DNA of 32,000 nucleotides from Bacteroidota bacterium (GCA_018268035.1 JAFDXI010000043.1:17169-49168), one strand, 5' to 3'. Positions 1 through 9,772 are shown, counted from the stretch's first letter. Made by a program: numbers and translations. The notes: generated by a model not told the origin, from the sequence alone.

Positions 1-814
1 TCCGGCTTTGAAAATGCAAACCATTTTTTGGCTAAATCTTTCAATGTGGCGCCTAAATGAAAAATTACTTTTTTGCCAATAATCAAAAAACAATCATGTC
101 TTTTTGAAAAAAATTTTTTCAAAATTTTCATTTTGTGTATTGACTTTTTGAACATCTGATACCATTTGTTGACTGATATTTTTGGTAAGCAATAACACCT
201 TTTCAGGTTTTTTCTTTTTGACTAAATGAATCAATGTGGTTTCATCCATATAATTGTCAATAAGTATAATTTCAGTTTTCGCAGAGCGGATACTTTTAGA
301 TGCTAACTCATAAGTATCAAATACCTGCCCATCAAAGAACACTCCCTGAGTAGTGATGATGTTGCCATCTAAAGCTTTAAATATTTTTTCAAGCTTTTGG
401 TTGGTTTCTAAAAATTTACTTTCAATTTTTTCCAAACTTTGTTGAATGAGTGCGTTTTCAAAAAGGATATGTCTCATTTTGACAAATGCATTAATAATTT
501 GAACGCTGGCTTGTACTTGCTGTATCACTATTTAAAACAGCAGCTAACATAGTAACATCTTATTCAGTAAATACAAATGGAATCATTCTTCTTATTGTGG
601 TCGCAGTTTGCGACTGCAAAACTGCCCATTCAGTAGCTGACAGTTTAAACATAAAAGAAACTGGAAACCTTTTGTGGTTTCGTTTTACCTGCTCATTCAC
701 TCTTTTGTTTTTTTATTTCATACTACTCTGCCAGATGAAAATCAAGCATTACCTGAATTCCCCGAACTTTAAAAATTCGATTTTCTATTTGTTTTTGTGA
801 AAGCGATCATTCAT
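1..814 (-). pseudogene. Decayed ORF6N-domain (KilA-N/Rha-like, phage/ICE-associated) protein gene, open at the left window edge
   Basis: Minus-strand translation gives family-typical blocks spread over different frames. (1) QIENRIFKVRGIQVMLDFHLAE then TAG (791..723). (2) VNEQVKRNHKRFPVSFMFKLSATEWAVLQSQTATT..IPFVFTE then TAA (700..560), followed in frame by DVTMLAAVLNS. (3) The tracked ORF 528..94 (QASVQIINAFVKMR ... FFDGQVFDTYELASKSIRSAKTEIILIDNYMDETTL). (4) HDCFLIIGKKVIFHLGATLKDLAKKWFAFSKP (98..3, still open at nt 1). That is at least two in-frame stops and three frame changes. Two of the frame changes lie at homopolymer runs (T7 at 708..714; A7/T6 at 107..119). Family assignment is from remembered conserved blocks. 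Confidence 0.7.
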
Positions 815-1454
815 TTTTCATTTTCAATTATCATTTCTAATTTGTCTTGAATCAATTTATTTAATTCATATTTCATTTTTGTTCCTGTCAGAAAGGAAAC
901 CTGCCTTTGATATAGTATTATTTCTTTTCTGGTTAGGTTGATCTTTCTCCAATATTGTAAAATATTTTTGTGTAACTGATTTATAAATTAGCCTACGCTA
1001 AAGCATTCAGGTACATTTGGTTTCGGTTAAAATCAAATATACTTATTTAAATGCGATTGATTTTCTGTCATACATATTCTTAATTCAGCAAAGTAATTTA
1101 TCTTTTTACGCTACATATAGTAAATGCTTTCATTAAGAATTGGTTTGATTTAATAAATACTTTCAGCAATTTGTTTTCCAGCATAGAAAGTTGCTTCTAA
1201 ATGTTGTGTGCAAGTTCAAAACTTTGATCAATTTGCATTGACATTTTTATTATTTCCGGCTAAATAACATGAGATAATTCTCTTATCATGGCGACGTTGT
1301 GTCAGTTTAATTATACATCAATAATCACCAAACGTAGCGGTTTAAGAAATGCATTATGGTTTTAATTTTCGTTTGATCAGCACTGTTTTCTTTCTCTGAG
1401 ACAGGCTCGAAAACCCGGTTTTTAACTTAACCAATTCCTCACATCTTTAAATCC

Positions 1455-1462
1455 TATATTTG
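1455..1462 (+). promoter_or_regulatory. Candidate Bacteroidota -7 promoter box (TAnnTTTG) for lspA
   Basis: TATATTTG matches the TAnnTTTG consensus described for Bacteroides/Flavobacterium housekeeping promoters. It lies 32 nt upstream of the ATG at 1494. I found no clear -33 TTTG element. Confidence 0.4.
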
Positions 1463-1493
1463 CGGCGCTCAATTTTTCCAAATAAAGATTTCA

Positions 1494-2186
1494 ATGAAAG
1501 GTAGAAACGTCGCACTGTTAATCATCCTGATACTAATTGCCGACCAGGCCCTCAAGTTTTATATCAAATTAAATTACACGCTTGGCGAGGAACATAATAT
1601 TTTCGGTTCCTGGTTCCGCCTGCATTTTGTGGAAAATGAAGGCATGGCATGGGGCTTAAAATTCGGCGGCGGTTTTGGTAAGATAGTCCTTACTCTGTTC
1701 AGGTTAGTTGCAGTCATCCTTGGTACATTTTATTTAAGGATGATTATCAAAAAGAATTACCATAAAGGATTTATTATTTGTGCAGCTTTAATTTATGCAG
1801 GCGCTTTTGGCAACCTGATTGACAGTATGTTTTATGGTTTAATTTTTTCCGATAGCAACCCTTTTGCTATTGCAACTTTATTCCCGGCTGGTGGTGGTTA
1901 TGCATCTTTCTTCCATGGCAAAGTTGTAGATATGCTCTATTTTCCATTGGTTCATACGCAATACCCATCATGGTTTCCAATCCCTTCGTGGAGAGGTGAA
2001 GACTTTGATTTTTTTGCCCCGGTGTTTAATCTGGCCGATTCATCAATTTCAGTTGGTGTGATTGCATTGTTGATCTGGCAGAAAAAATTTTTCCCCGCAA
2101 AACACAATACCAATCCATCCATAAATAACCCTTCAACAACTGAAGTTGAATCATCAGAAATGCAAGATGAAATGAGGCCAATGTGA
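1494..2186 (+). CDS. lspA: Lipoprotein signal peptidase (signal peptidase II)
   Basis: 230-aa ORF with multiple hydrophobic segments. LspA blocks present: FRLHFVENEGMAWGL, GAFGNLIDSMFYG, GKVVDMLYF and FNLADSSISVG (the FNxAD catalytic Asp block). It carries a hydrophilic C-terminal tail. Confidence 0.9.
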   Translation: MKGRNVALLIILILIADQALKFYIKLNYTLGEEHNIFGSWFRLHFVENEGMAWGLKFGGGFGKIVLTLFRLVAVILGTFYLRMIIKKNYHKGFIICAALIYAGAFGNLIDSMFYGLIFSDSNPFAIATLFPAGGGYASFFHGKVVDMLYFPLVHTQYPSWFPIPSWRGEDFDFFAPVFNLADSSISVGVIALLIWQKKFFPAKHNTNPSINNPSTTEVESSEMQDEMRPM

Positions 2187-2268
2187 GTAGCCGGAAATTA
2201 TTCTTCAAAAAAAATGAAGACAGGATTTATATCTGATTAATTCTCTCAAATAAATATTACCTGTTTGA

Positions 2269-3180
2269 TTATTCAGTAACAGTTGCGGTATATGATCCGT
2301 TTATAACATTGACATTCGGGTCATCATTTGCATCGCCTGCAGTTCCCAAAAAAGTTCCGGAAATAATATGGGTTATTGGATCATACGTATTAATAGTGAG
2401 TGTAATGATTGTAGCCGCTGTATCATTGGGCAAAGCCTGGTAAACAGGTGTGCCAATACCTGTGCTTAAATCGTAATGAACCAAAGCAAAGAAGCCCGAA
2501 TTGGATGGGGGAAGGTCAGTAGTATTGTATGCTCCGGTTTGTATAGAACCTGTAGGTAAATAAAAATGAAGTTCAAGCACAGTATCATTAGAAGGCGTCT
2601 TGAGGCCTTGAAGTGTGAGCATCTTTCCACCGGTACCCCAGATTGCTGAGTCTGATTCAATAAATGCCGTATCAACACTACCAGAGAAAGTTCCATCATC
2701 TGTGGTAAACTGCCAATTACCTGATGTGACTGTAGAGTCATGGCCGCCTAAACCAGTGCCTGTGCTGTCTTGTACATTCACTGTGAAAGAACAATATGTA
2801 CTATCGTAGCTGATATTAAAAGTAAAAGTACCAGGGATGATAGGTGTGCCTATCGGTTTTAAATGAACAATATTCAATCCTGTATTGCTGAAAAATCCAG
2901 AGTCATAATATTGATAGCCGTCTTGCAAATCACTCTCGATTTTATATGAACCGGTGGAGGAAACATTCACCTGAATTTCAACATAAGCTGTATCCTGACC
3001 CGGAGTAATGCCGCCATACACAGTGCCATAAATTGAATAAGGTAAACAACTGCCTGTACTGTCCCACAAACTTCCTTCAGCCTGAAGTGTCTCTGTATGT
3101 TCCTCACTCAGTTCTTTTGTGCAGGAGAAAAAAAAAGTAATACAGCATGCAAAAAATATATAAAAAACAATCTTGTTCAT
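2269..3180 (-). CDS. Hypothetical lipoprotein (beta-rich, Ser/Thr/Gly-rich)
   Basis: 303-aa ORF with an N-terminal signal peptide and lipobox (ITFFFSC-TKE). I recognise no catalytic motif. It lies 66 nt downstream of fumC on the same strand. Confidence 0.65.
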   Translation of the reverse strand: MNKIVFYIFFACCITFFFSCTKELSEEHTETLQAEGSLWDSTGSCLPYSIYGTVYGGITPGQDTAYVEIQVNVSSTGSYKIESDLQDGYQYYDSGFFSNTGLNIVHLKPIGTPIIPGTFTFNISYDSTYCSFTVNVQDSTGTGLGGHDSTVTSGNWQFTTDDGTFSGSVDTAFIESDSAIWGTGGKMLTLQGLKTPSNDTVLELHFYLPTGSIQTGAYNTTDLPPSNSGFFALVHYDLSTGIGTPVYQALPNDTAATIITLTINTYDPITHIISGTFLGTAGDANDDPNVNVINGSYTATVTE

Positions 3181-3246
3181 GGTAATGCACTTAGTCAGCT
3201 CTAATAACGTCAGGCTGCTGCATAAATTGTTTTAATGAGAGAAGCA

Positions 3247-4671
3247 TCAGGCTTTTATTTCACCTACCATGTTTTTAGGAACCACCCATGCATCAAATTG
3301 TTCTGCAGTGATATGCTTAAAATCAAGCCCTTTCAATTCATATTCCAGCGCTGCCTGTTTTAATGTGATTCCCCGTTTGTGTGCATCCTGTGCAATGGCT
3401 GCTGCATTATAATACCCAATTTTTGTATTCAATGCAGTTACCAGCATCAAACTGTTATCAACGTGTTTTTTAATATTTTCTTCAATAGGTTTCATACCCA
3501 CTGCACATTTATCGTTGAAGGAAATACAACCTTCACCAATCAGCCTGGCGCTATGTAAAAAATTAAAAATCATTACAGGTTTAAATACATTCAGCTCAAA
3601 ATGACCGGTAGCGCCTCCAATATTTATAGCCACATCATTCCCTAACACCTGTGCTGCAATCATCGTTAATGCTTCACATTGAGTAGGGTTTACTTTTCCC
3701 GGCATGATGGATGATCCGGGCTCATTGTCAGGTATATAAATTTCGCCAATGCCGGCACGTGGCCCTGATGATAACATGCGAATATCATTCGCTATTTTCA
3801 TCAGACTAACTGCTGCTGTTTTTAAAGCGCCATGTGCTTCCACGATGGCATCATGTGCAGCAAGGCTTTCAAATTTATTTTCTGCTGTGATGAAAGGCAA
3901 CCCTGTTAGCGCTGCAATTTTTTTTGCAACCAGTTCTGCATATCCTTTTGGTGTGTTGATACCGGTGCCCACTGCTGTTCCGCCTAATGCCAGTTCACTC
4001 AGATGAGATAAAGAATTTTTTATCGCCTTCAAGGCATGGTCTAATTGTGATGCATACCCGCTGAATTCCTGCCCTACAGTCAATGGTGTTGCATCCATAA
4101 AATGGGTGCGGCCTATTTTCACCACATGCATAAATTCTTTGCTTTTTGCCTTTAAAGTATCTCTTAATTTTTCTATACCCGGAATAGTTGTTTCTGCCAA
4201 CATTTTATATGCAGCAATATGCATAGCTGTCGGGAAAGTGTCATTGGATGATTGTGATTTGTTGACATCATCATTCGGATGCAAAAATTTTTCTTTATCG
4301 GTCAATGCACCGCCATTTAAAACATGCGCACGATAAGCCACCACTTCGTTCACATTCATGTTGCTTTGTGTGCCGCTGCCTGTTTGCCACACAACCAACG
4401 GGAACTGATCATCTAATTTACCTTGGAGAATTTCATCACATACAGCTCCTATCGCCTTGCATTTATTATCGGGCAAAACATTTAATTCGTTATTGGCAAG
4501 CGCCGCGGCTTTTTTCAAATAGGCGAATGCATAAATAATGGGCTTTGGCATTTTATTGATATCCTGTGCAATCTTAAAATTTTCAATACTGCGTTGCGTT
4601 TGTGCGCCCCAGTAAACATTGGCAGGAACTTTTACTTCGCCTAATGTGTCTTTTTCTATACGGTAATCCAT
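3247..4671 (-). CDS. fumC: Fumarate hydratase, class II
   Basis: 474 aa, near-colinear with E. coli FumC as I remember it. Matching blocks: [67 protein letters not shown], and the signature [19 protein letters not shown]. Confidence 0.95.
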   Translation of the reverse strand: MDYRIEKDTLGEVKVPANVYWGAQTQRSIENFKIAQDINKMPKPIIYAFAYLKKAAALANNELNVLPDNKCKAIGAVCDEILQGKLDDQFPLVVWQTGSGTQSNMNVNEVVAYRAHVLNGGALTDKEKFLHPNDDVNKSQSSNDTFPTAMHIAAYKMLAETTIPGIEKLRDTLKAKSKEFMHVVKIGRTHFMDATPLTVGQEFSGYASQLDHALKAIKNSLSHLSELALGGTAVGTGINTPKGYAELVAKKIAALTGLPFITAENKFESLAAHDAIVEAHGALKTAAVSLMKIANDIRMLSSGPRAGIGEIYIPDNEPGSSIMPGKVNPTQCEALTMIAAQVLGNDVAINIGGATGHFELNVFKPVMIFNFLHSARLIGEGCISFNDKCAVGMKPIEENIKKHVDNSLMLVTALNTKIGYYNAAAIAQDAHKRGITLKQAALEYELKGLDFKHITAEQFDAWVVPKNMVGEIKA

Positions 4672-4689
4672 ATACTTTTATTAAGGCTG

Positions 4690-4697
4690 CAAATGTA
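4690..4697 (-). promoter_or_regulatory. Candidate -7 promoter box (TACATTTG on minus strand) for fumC
   Basis: Plus-strand CAAATGTA is TACATTTG on the minus strand, matching TAnnTTTG. There are 18 nt between the box and the fumC ATG at 4671. Confidence 0.4.
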
Positions 4698-4761
4698 ATA
4701 TTGAATGCTGAATAATAACAGGTAAGAAATGTTTAGCAACCATATAACATAATAACCGTCA

Positions 4762-4769
4762 TACTTTTG
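4762..4769 (+). promoter_or_regulatory. Candidate -7 promoter box (TACTTTTG) for the serine hydrolase gene
   Basis: Matches TAnnTTTG and lies 15 nt upstream of the ATG at 4785. It sits in the 113-bp divergent intergenic region shared with fumC. Confidence 0.4.
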
Positions 4770-4784
4770 AACGAATAATTCAAT

Positions 4785-6113
4785 ATGATGAAAATTAGAT
4801 TTATTATAAGTTTTGTTGCAATGGTCATGGGTTGCAGCGCATTTTCGCAGGTGATGGATACGGTTAAGCTGAATGGTTATTTCGAATCGCTGGCAGTGCA
4901 CAATAAATTCATGGGCAGTGTGGCTGTAACGCAAAATGGAAATATAGTTTATACAAAAACAATTGGTTTTGCTGATATTGCCACCGGCAAAAAAGCGGAT
5001 GTTGATACAAAATACAGGATTGGTTCCATCTCAAAAACATTTACAACGGTATTGGTTTTTAAGGCCATTGAAGCTAATAAATTAACGCTGGATGAAACCA
5101 TACAACAATACTTCCCCACTATAAAAAATGCGGATAAAATAACTATTTCAGAACTGCTGTACCACAGAAGTGGCATACACAATTTTACCAACGATTCTTC
5201 TTACACGCAATGGAATACACAGCCTAAAACTGAAAAAGAACTGGTTAATATTATTGCAAAAGGCGGCAGCGATTTTGAGCCTGGCAGTAAATCAGACTAC
5301 AGCAACTCTAATTTTATTTTATTAACCATTATGCTGGAAAAAGTATTTAATAAACCGTATGCTGAATTAATAAAACAATACATCACACAACCTATAGGTT
5401 TAACCCAAACTTTTTTCGGAAAGAAGATAAATGTGCATGATGATCAAGCAAATTCTTACACTTTTTCTAAAGGATGGCAACTATCTCCTGAAACTGATAT
5501 GTCAATACCGTTAGGTGCAGGCGGCATTGTTTCAACACCTTCTGATTTGGTGAAATTCAGCGATGCATTGTTTAGCCGCAAGCTGGTAAATGAAACAAGC
5601 CTTCAGCAAATGGAAACTTTAATCAGTAATTACGGTGCAGGTCTTTTCCCTATTCCGTTCTACGATAAAAAAGGTTTCGGCCATACAGGCGGTATTGATG
5701 GATTTAGTTCTGTGTTCATGCATTTTAATGATGGCAATATTTCTTATGCGCTCACATCAAACGGTGCCAACTATAACACGAATAATATTTCTATTGCAGT
5801 GTTAAGCGCTGTATATAACATGCCATTTAATATTCCCGATTTTAAAACTTTTAATATAACCACGGAAGCGTTAAATCAATATCTTGGTTCCTACACATCA
5901 ACTCAAATACCATTGCAGTTAACCATCACAAAAAAAGAAAACACGTTAATGGCACAATTAACCAACCAACCAGCTTTTCCACTGGAAGCTGTTGAAAAAG
6001 ATAAATTTTCTTTTGAAGTGGTTGGTGTTGTTTTGGAATTTAATACAACCAATAAAACAGTTGTGCTAAAGCAAGCCGGCAAGGAAGTTTTGTTTACGAA
6101 AAAGCCCGAATAG
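4785..6113 (+). CDS. Serine hydrolase of the beta-lactamase / DD-peptidase (class C-like) fold
   Basis: 442 aa with a signal peptide. It has the SxxK motif (GSISKTFT), the YxN motif (YSNSNF) and the H/K-T-G motif (GHTGGIDG), plus an extra C-terminal beta-rich domain of about 90 aa. Confidence 0.85.
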   Translation: MMKIRFIISFVAMVMGCSAFSQVMDTVKLNGYFESLAVHNKFMGSVAVTQNGNIVYTKTIGFADIATGKKADVDTKYRIGSISKTFTTVLVFKAIEANKLTLDETIQQYFPTIKNADKITISELLYHRSGIHNFTNDSSYTQWNTQPKTEKELVNIIAKGGSDFEPGSKSDYSNSNFILLTIMLEKVFNKPYAELIKQYITQPIGLTQTFFGKKINVHDDQANSYTFSKGWQLSPETDMSIPLGAGGIVSTPSDLVKFSDALFSRKLVNETSLQQMETLISNYGAGLFPIPFYDKKGFGHTGGIDGFSSVFMHFNDGNISYALTSNGANYNTNNISIAVLSAVYNMPFNIPDFKTFNITTEALNQYLGSYTSTQIPLQLTITKKENTLMAQLTNQPAFPLEAVEKDKFSFEVVGVVLEFNTTNKTVVLKQAGKEVLFTKKPE

Positions 6114-6361
6114 CTTAAGTACTCATCGGGACAAATAAAAAAATTTGAGCGAGATAAATCTCTCGAAATAATAACAACTTTAAATTCATGAGATGTCTGG
6201 TTACCTCGACATGACAATCTCCTAAAAACTTACAGATTAATTTTCGGCTAAGAGTTTTAATACACAACAGGTTAAAGCTTACCTTTTTTAATTGCTTCTT
6301 ACTGATGAAAATTTTGCATTAACCTAAACAATTTTCATAAATTGCTTACTCTGTTAACCGA

Positions 6362-7900
6362 ATGTTTATGAGAAAACTTTATACCCTGCTATTATTTTAC
6401 CTCACTTATTCAGCAGATGCGCAGGAACAGTTTAATCCTTGTTCTAATTTTTGCGCTGTTGATTTGAGTACACCACAAACAACTTATTTAACCGATGAGC
6501 TAACTTATTTCAAGCCCGGTACGAATGTTTATTGCAACAGTGCAACTATTGATGATTTTGATGTACAATATAAAGAGAATTCATGTGGAACTAATCAAGA
6601 TTTATGTTCTGATAGCTTGTGTGCTTTAAAAATCCATGTTTATTATCCGGCAGGCATAGATGTTAATTGCAAGTTACATGCAGTAATATTATTTCATGGT
6701 GGTGCATATAATGAGTGCGGTAATTATAATGATGCAGGCATTATTGCAATAAGTAAAGATTTAGCAATTAGAGGGTATGCAGTGTTCAATGTAAATTATA
6801 GATTGGGAGTTATTCCAGACCCAAGACTTGTACAGAATATAATCGATAACAATCCTGTTTTAAAATATGTTTCTGCACAACAAATGTTGGCAATTTATCG
6901 TGCACTTCAGGATGCAAGAGGTGCAATAAGAAGCATTATTGCAATGCAATTGGATGGGACTTTTTTGCATAATGGCAAATATCAAATTGATCCGAATAAC
7001 GTATTTCTTGGGGGAGTTAGTGCCGGCAGTTTAATAGCTTTAAGTGCAGCTTATTTTGGGCCTGGAGCAACCGGGCAGGGTTTAATTGATATGATGTTTC
7101 CAAATGTAAGCATTGTATTCGGCGGAACTACAGGACTTGGACCGATAGACCCAAAAGGTGTTTACTATATAGACCCTCCACATATTGCATCGAATGATTA
7201 CTTCAATAGAATAAAGGGAATATTAAATTGCTGGGGAGCTCTTTTTATTCCTAATTCTTATCTTTCTCATCCTTATGATTTTTTCTCTGGTCAGGGATAT
7301 TCTCTTCCGCCAATTATTTCGTTTTGTGGCAAGAATGATACTGTGTTTAATTATAATTCTCAAGGAGTATATTTTTCTCCTAAAAAACTCTATAAAAAAA
7401 TTGCTCTTAATACTGAACTACGATGTTTGCCAAATAGTCCCTATACTGTTCCTGCTGATAATAATTTACTCCATCCGATCAAATATGAAACATGTATTGG
7501 CTCACAAACTATCTATTTCATGCTTAAAACTCCAGGTACAGGAATAACACCTATACCTACAGAGTTTTATTTAGATTGCGACATGTATCATGGTCTTGAT
7601 ACAGACGATCCTTTATGTCACACTTGCACAGCTGACCCCAGTAATTTATTTGTAAAGCCAGATGGAATGGGAGGTTGTAAACTATGTGGCTATCAAAGTA
7701 ATTTTGGAACACAAAACAATACTGCCGCAGGTACGTATGATTATATAGCTGCACGTGCGACTACCTTCTTTCAAACAATACTTGGTGGCGCTACTTCAAA
7801 TATATCTGCATCAAGATTTGTAGAATGCGAGAATAAAAGAGTTACATGTACAGGCACAACAAATTCAGGTTGTAGTAATGATACACAATGCCCAAATTAG
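6362..7900 (+). CDS. Secreted cysteine-rich alpha/beta-hydrolase (esterase/lipase-like)
   Basis: 512 aa with a signal peptide (..YSADA-QEQ). It has an HGG oxyanion block (VILFHGGAY) and a nucleophile elbow GxSxG (GGVSAGSLIA). Candidate acid and His residues are in FCGKNDTV and DCDMYHGLD. I count 21 Cys, clustered at both ends. Confidence 0.7.
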   Translation: MFMRKLYTLLLFYLTYSADAQEQFNPCSNFCAVDLSTPQTTYLTDELTYFKPGTNVYCNSATIDDFDVQYKENSCGTNQDLCSDSLCALKIHVYYPAGIDVNCKLHAVILFHGGAYNECGNYNDAGIIAISKDLAIRGYAVFNVNYRLGVIPDPRLVQNIIDNNPVLKYVSAQQMLAIYRALQDARGAIRSIIAMQLDGTFLHNGKYQIDPNNVFLGGVSAGSLIALSAAYFGPGATGQGLIDMMFPNVSIVFGGTTGLGPIDPKGVYYIDPPHIASNDYFNRIKGILNCWGALFIPNSYLSHPYDFFSGQGYSLPPIISFCGKNDTVFNYNSQGVYFSPKKLYKKIALNTELRCLPNSPYTVPADNNLLHPIKYETCIGSQTIYFMLKTPGTGITPIPTEFYLDCDMYHGLDTDDPLCHTCTADPSNLFVKPDGMGGCKLCGYQSNFGTQNNTAAGTYDYIAARATTFFQTILGGATSNISASRFVECENKRVTCTGTTNSGCSNDTQCPN

Positions 7901-7925
7901 TCTATAACATTAATAAATTCATTTT

Positions 7926-9701
7926 ATGAAAACATTTTTTACTCTACTAAGTTTTTTATTTTTTTCAGTTATATACGCGCAAACACAAAATAAAGCCGGA
8001 ACACTTGACAGCAGTTTTGGTACAGTTGGAAAAGTGCTTACATCTTCCCCAACCGGCTATTTAGTTTGTGAAGCAGCAGCTTCACAAAGTGACGGTTCAA
8101 TTATTACTGCGGGAGGAGTGAGTTTTGTAAATTCTAATTCTGATGATTTTTTTGCAATTAAGTACTCTTCTAACGGCGTACTCGATAGCAGTTTCGGAAA
8201 GAAGGGATTAGCTGTAATAAAGGGATTAGGTGAGGCTCAAACAGCAAAAATTCAGCCAGATGATAAAATTATCATTGCAGGTTATGTTGCAGATCTTTTC
8301 GGAACTTATTATGCAATAACTCTTGGAAGGCTGAATGCTAATGGCAGTATAGATTCAACTTTTGGAACAAACGGCACAATAATAACCGATGCAGGAAAAA
8401 ACTGCCATGAGATAGCTATACAGCAAGACGGGAAAATTTTGGTTACCGGAGAAACAGGAATTGCTTTTCTTACACTGCGCTACTTACCTGATGGAAATTT
8501 AGATAATAGCTTTGGTAATAATGGTAGCGTAACCACAATATTTGATGGAGGTACTCCTAAAACCGCAAATGCTAATACCATTCAGCCGGATGGTAAAATT
8601 ATAGTTGCAGGTGGAGATAACCATAAAATTATGCTGGCACGATATAATGGTGATGGCAGTTTGGATGAAACTTTTGGAAATAATGGAGAGGTTATTTCCG
8701 ATATTACCAATATTAATCCACTGAATAAAGTGTATGATATGGTATTACAGCCAGATGGCAAATTATTATTAACAGGCACAACAGTGGATGCGTTTGGTAT
8801 GACTAACAGTACAATTATTTTGCGTTACATGCCAGATGGAAGCTTTGATACATCTTTTGGTAATAAAGGTATTGTGGTTAGATCTTTACAATACAGTTCA
8901 GACGCATTTGGCATTGCATTGCAAAAAGATAGTAAAATAATTATTGGCGGAGATTATATTTCAGATGGAATTAATCCACATTTTTTAGCAGAAAGATATA
9001 ATGCGGATGGAAGCATTGATGCTTCTTTTGGGAATGGTGGTTATCAGGTTACAGCAATGGATCAATCAGATGAGGCAACTGGTTTAATTATACAGAATGA
9101 TGGTAAAATAGTTTTAGCAGGTTTTGCTTTAAGCACACAAGCCGGGCCGTCCGGATATGAAGTTGCACTTACACGTTATAACAACGATACTGAAAACAAA
9201 AAACAAATCATCATCACTAAAATCCGTCGCTGGTTACAACATCACAATGGCATTGAATGGGATTATAATAGTAATATAAGCAGCTATGTAGTACAGCACA
9301 GTTATGATGGTATTCATTTCAGCTCTGTTGCAAGAATAAATGCAAACAATAATGCTAATTATACTTATCAAGATCCTTCACTATTAAACAATACAAATTA
9401 TTATCGCCTGCAAACAACAAGTGTAAATGGTACAGTTAATTATTCAAATGTGTTAGTTGTTACAAATAATGAAATAAAAATAGCTCCCAATCCTGCAACA
9501 AACAGTTTGCATATACGTGACTTATCATCAACACAAAAATCTAAAATTACTGTTGTTGATATTGCAGGTAATATAAAATTGCAGACAGTTGCAAATGCAT
9601 CTTCTTTCAATTTAAACATTGCTTCTCTTAAACCTGGTAATTATCTATTAAAGATTGAAATGAATAATGAAGTTGTTACAAAGCAGTTTGTGAAAGAATA
9701 A
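7926..9701 (+). CDS. Secreted delta-60-repeat (beta-propeller-like) protein with a T9SS C-terminal sorting domain
   Basis: 591 aa with a signal peptide. Seven repeats of 50-61 aa are each marked by [LIF]D.[ST]FG..G (LDSSFGTVG, LDSSFGKKG, IDSTFGTNG, LDNSFGNNG, LDETFGNNG, FDTSFGNKG, IDASFGNGG) and a following QPDGKI-type strand. The last ~78 aa (IKIAPNPATNSLHI ... GNYLLKIEMNNEVVTKQFVKE) look like a type-A T9SS CTD. The gene starts 25 nt after the esterase gene. Confidence 0.85.
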   Translation: MKTFFTLLSFLFFSVIYAQTQNKAGTLDSSFGTVGKVLTSSPTGYLVCEAAASQSDGSIITAGGVSFVNSNSDDFFAIKYSSNGVLDSSFGKKGLAVIKGLGEAQTAKIQPDDKIIIAGYVADLFGTYYAITLGRLNANGSIDSTFGTNGTIITDAGKNCHEIAIQQDGKILVTGETGIAFLTLRYLPDGNLDNSFGNNGSVTTIFDGGTPKTANANTIQPDGKIIVAGGDNHKIMLARYNGDGSLDETFGNNGEVISDITNINPLNKVYDMVLQPDGKLLLTGTTVDAFGMTNSTIILRYMPDGSFDTSFGNKGIVVRSLQYSSDAFGIALQKDSKIIIGGDYISDGINPHFLAERYNADGSIDASFGNGGYQVTAMDQSDEATGLIIQNDGKIVLAGFALSTQAGPSGYEVALTRYNNDTENKKQIIITKIRRWLQHHNGIEWDYNSNISSYVVQHSYDGIHFSSVARINANNNANYTYQDPSLLNNTNYYRLQTTSVNGTVNYSNVLVVTNNEIKIAPNPATNSLHIRDLSSTQKSKITVVDIAGNIKLQTVANASSFNLNIASLKPGNYLLKIEMNNEVVTKQFVKE

Positions 9702-9729
9702 CGTTTCATGGTTGAGCAGTATTTTTAAA

Positions 9730-9772
9730 GTGGTCACAACTTTTTAAGAATTATGGCCGCTTTATTTATTTT
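9730..9772 (+). terminator. Probable intrinsic terminator after the T9SS-cargo gene
   Basis: GTGGTCACAA (9730..9739) pairs with TTATGGCCGC (9751..9760). There are two G-U pairs and one mismatch. The stem is followed by TTTATTTATTTT. Confidence 0.45.

Noticed and set aside
597-800. 67-aa plus-strand ORF from the track
   Set aside because: It lies antisense to the N-terminal blocks of the ORF6N pseudogene, has low-complexity Leu/Phe-rich content and contains no recognisable motif. It is most likely a shadow ORF.
811-975. Minus-strand stop-to-stop frame (..NILQYWRKINLTRKEIILYQRQVSFLTGTKMKYELNKLIQDKLEMIIENEK) ending in an ATGA overlap with the pseudogene start; it looked faintly like a small HTH protein
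   Set aside because: Only 21 codons follow the single ATG. The HTH resemblance is too weak to support from sequence alone. I mention it only as a possible relic in the AT-rich-region finding.
4656-4934. 92-aa minus-strand ORF across the fumC/serine-hydrolase divergent promoter
   Set aside because: It overlaps the starts of both well-supported genes and the two candidate promoter boxes. It has no recognisable domain.
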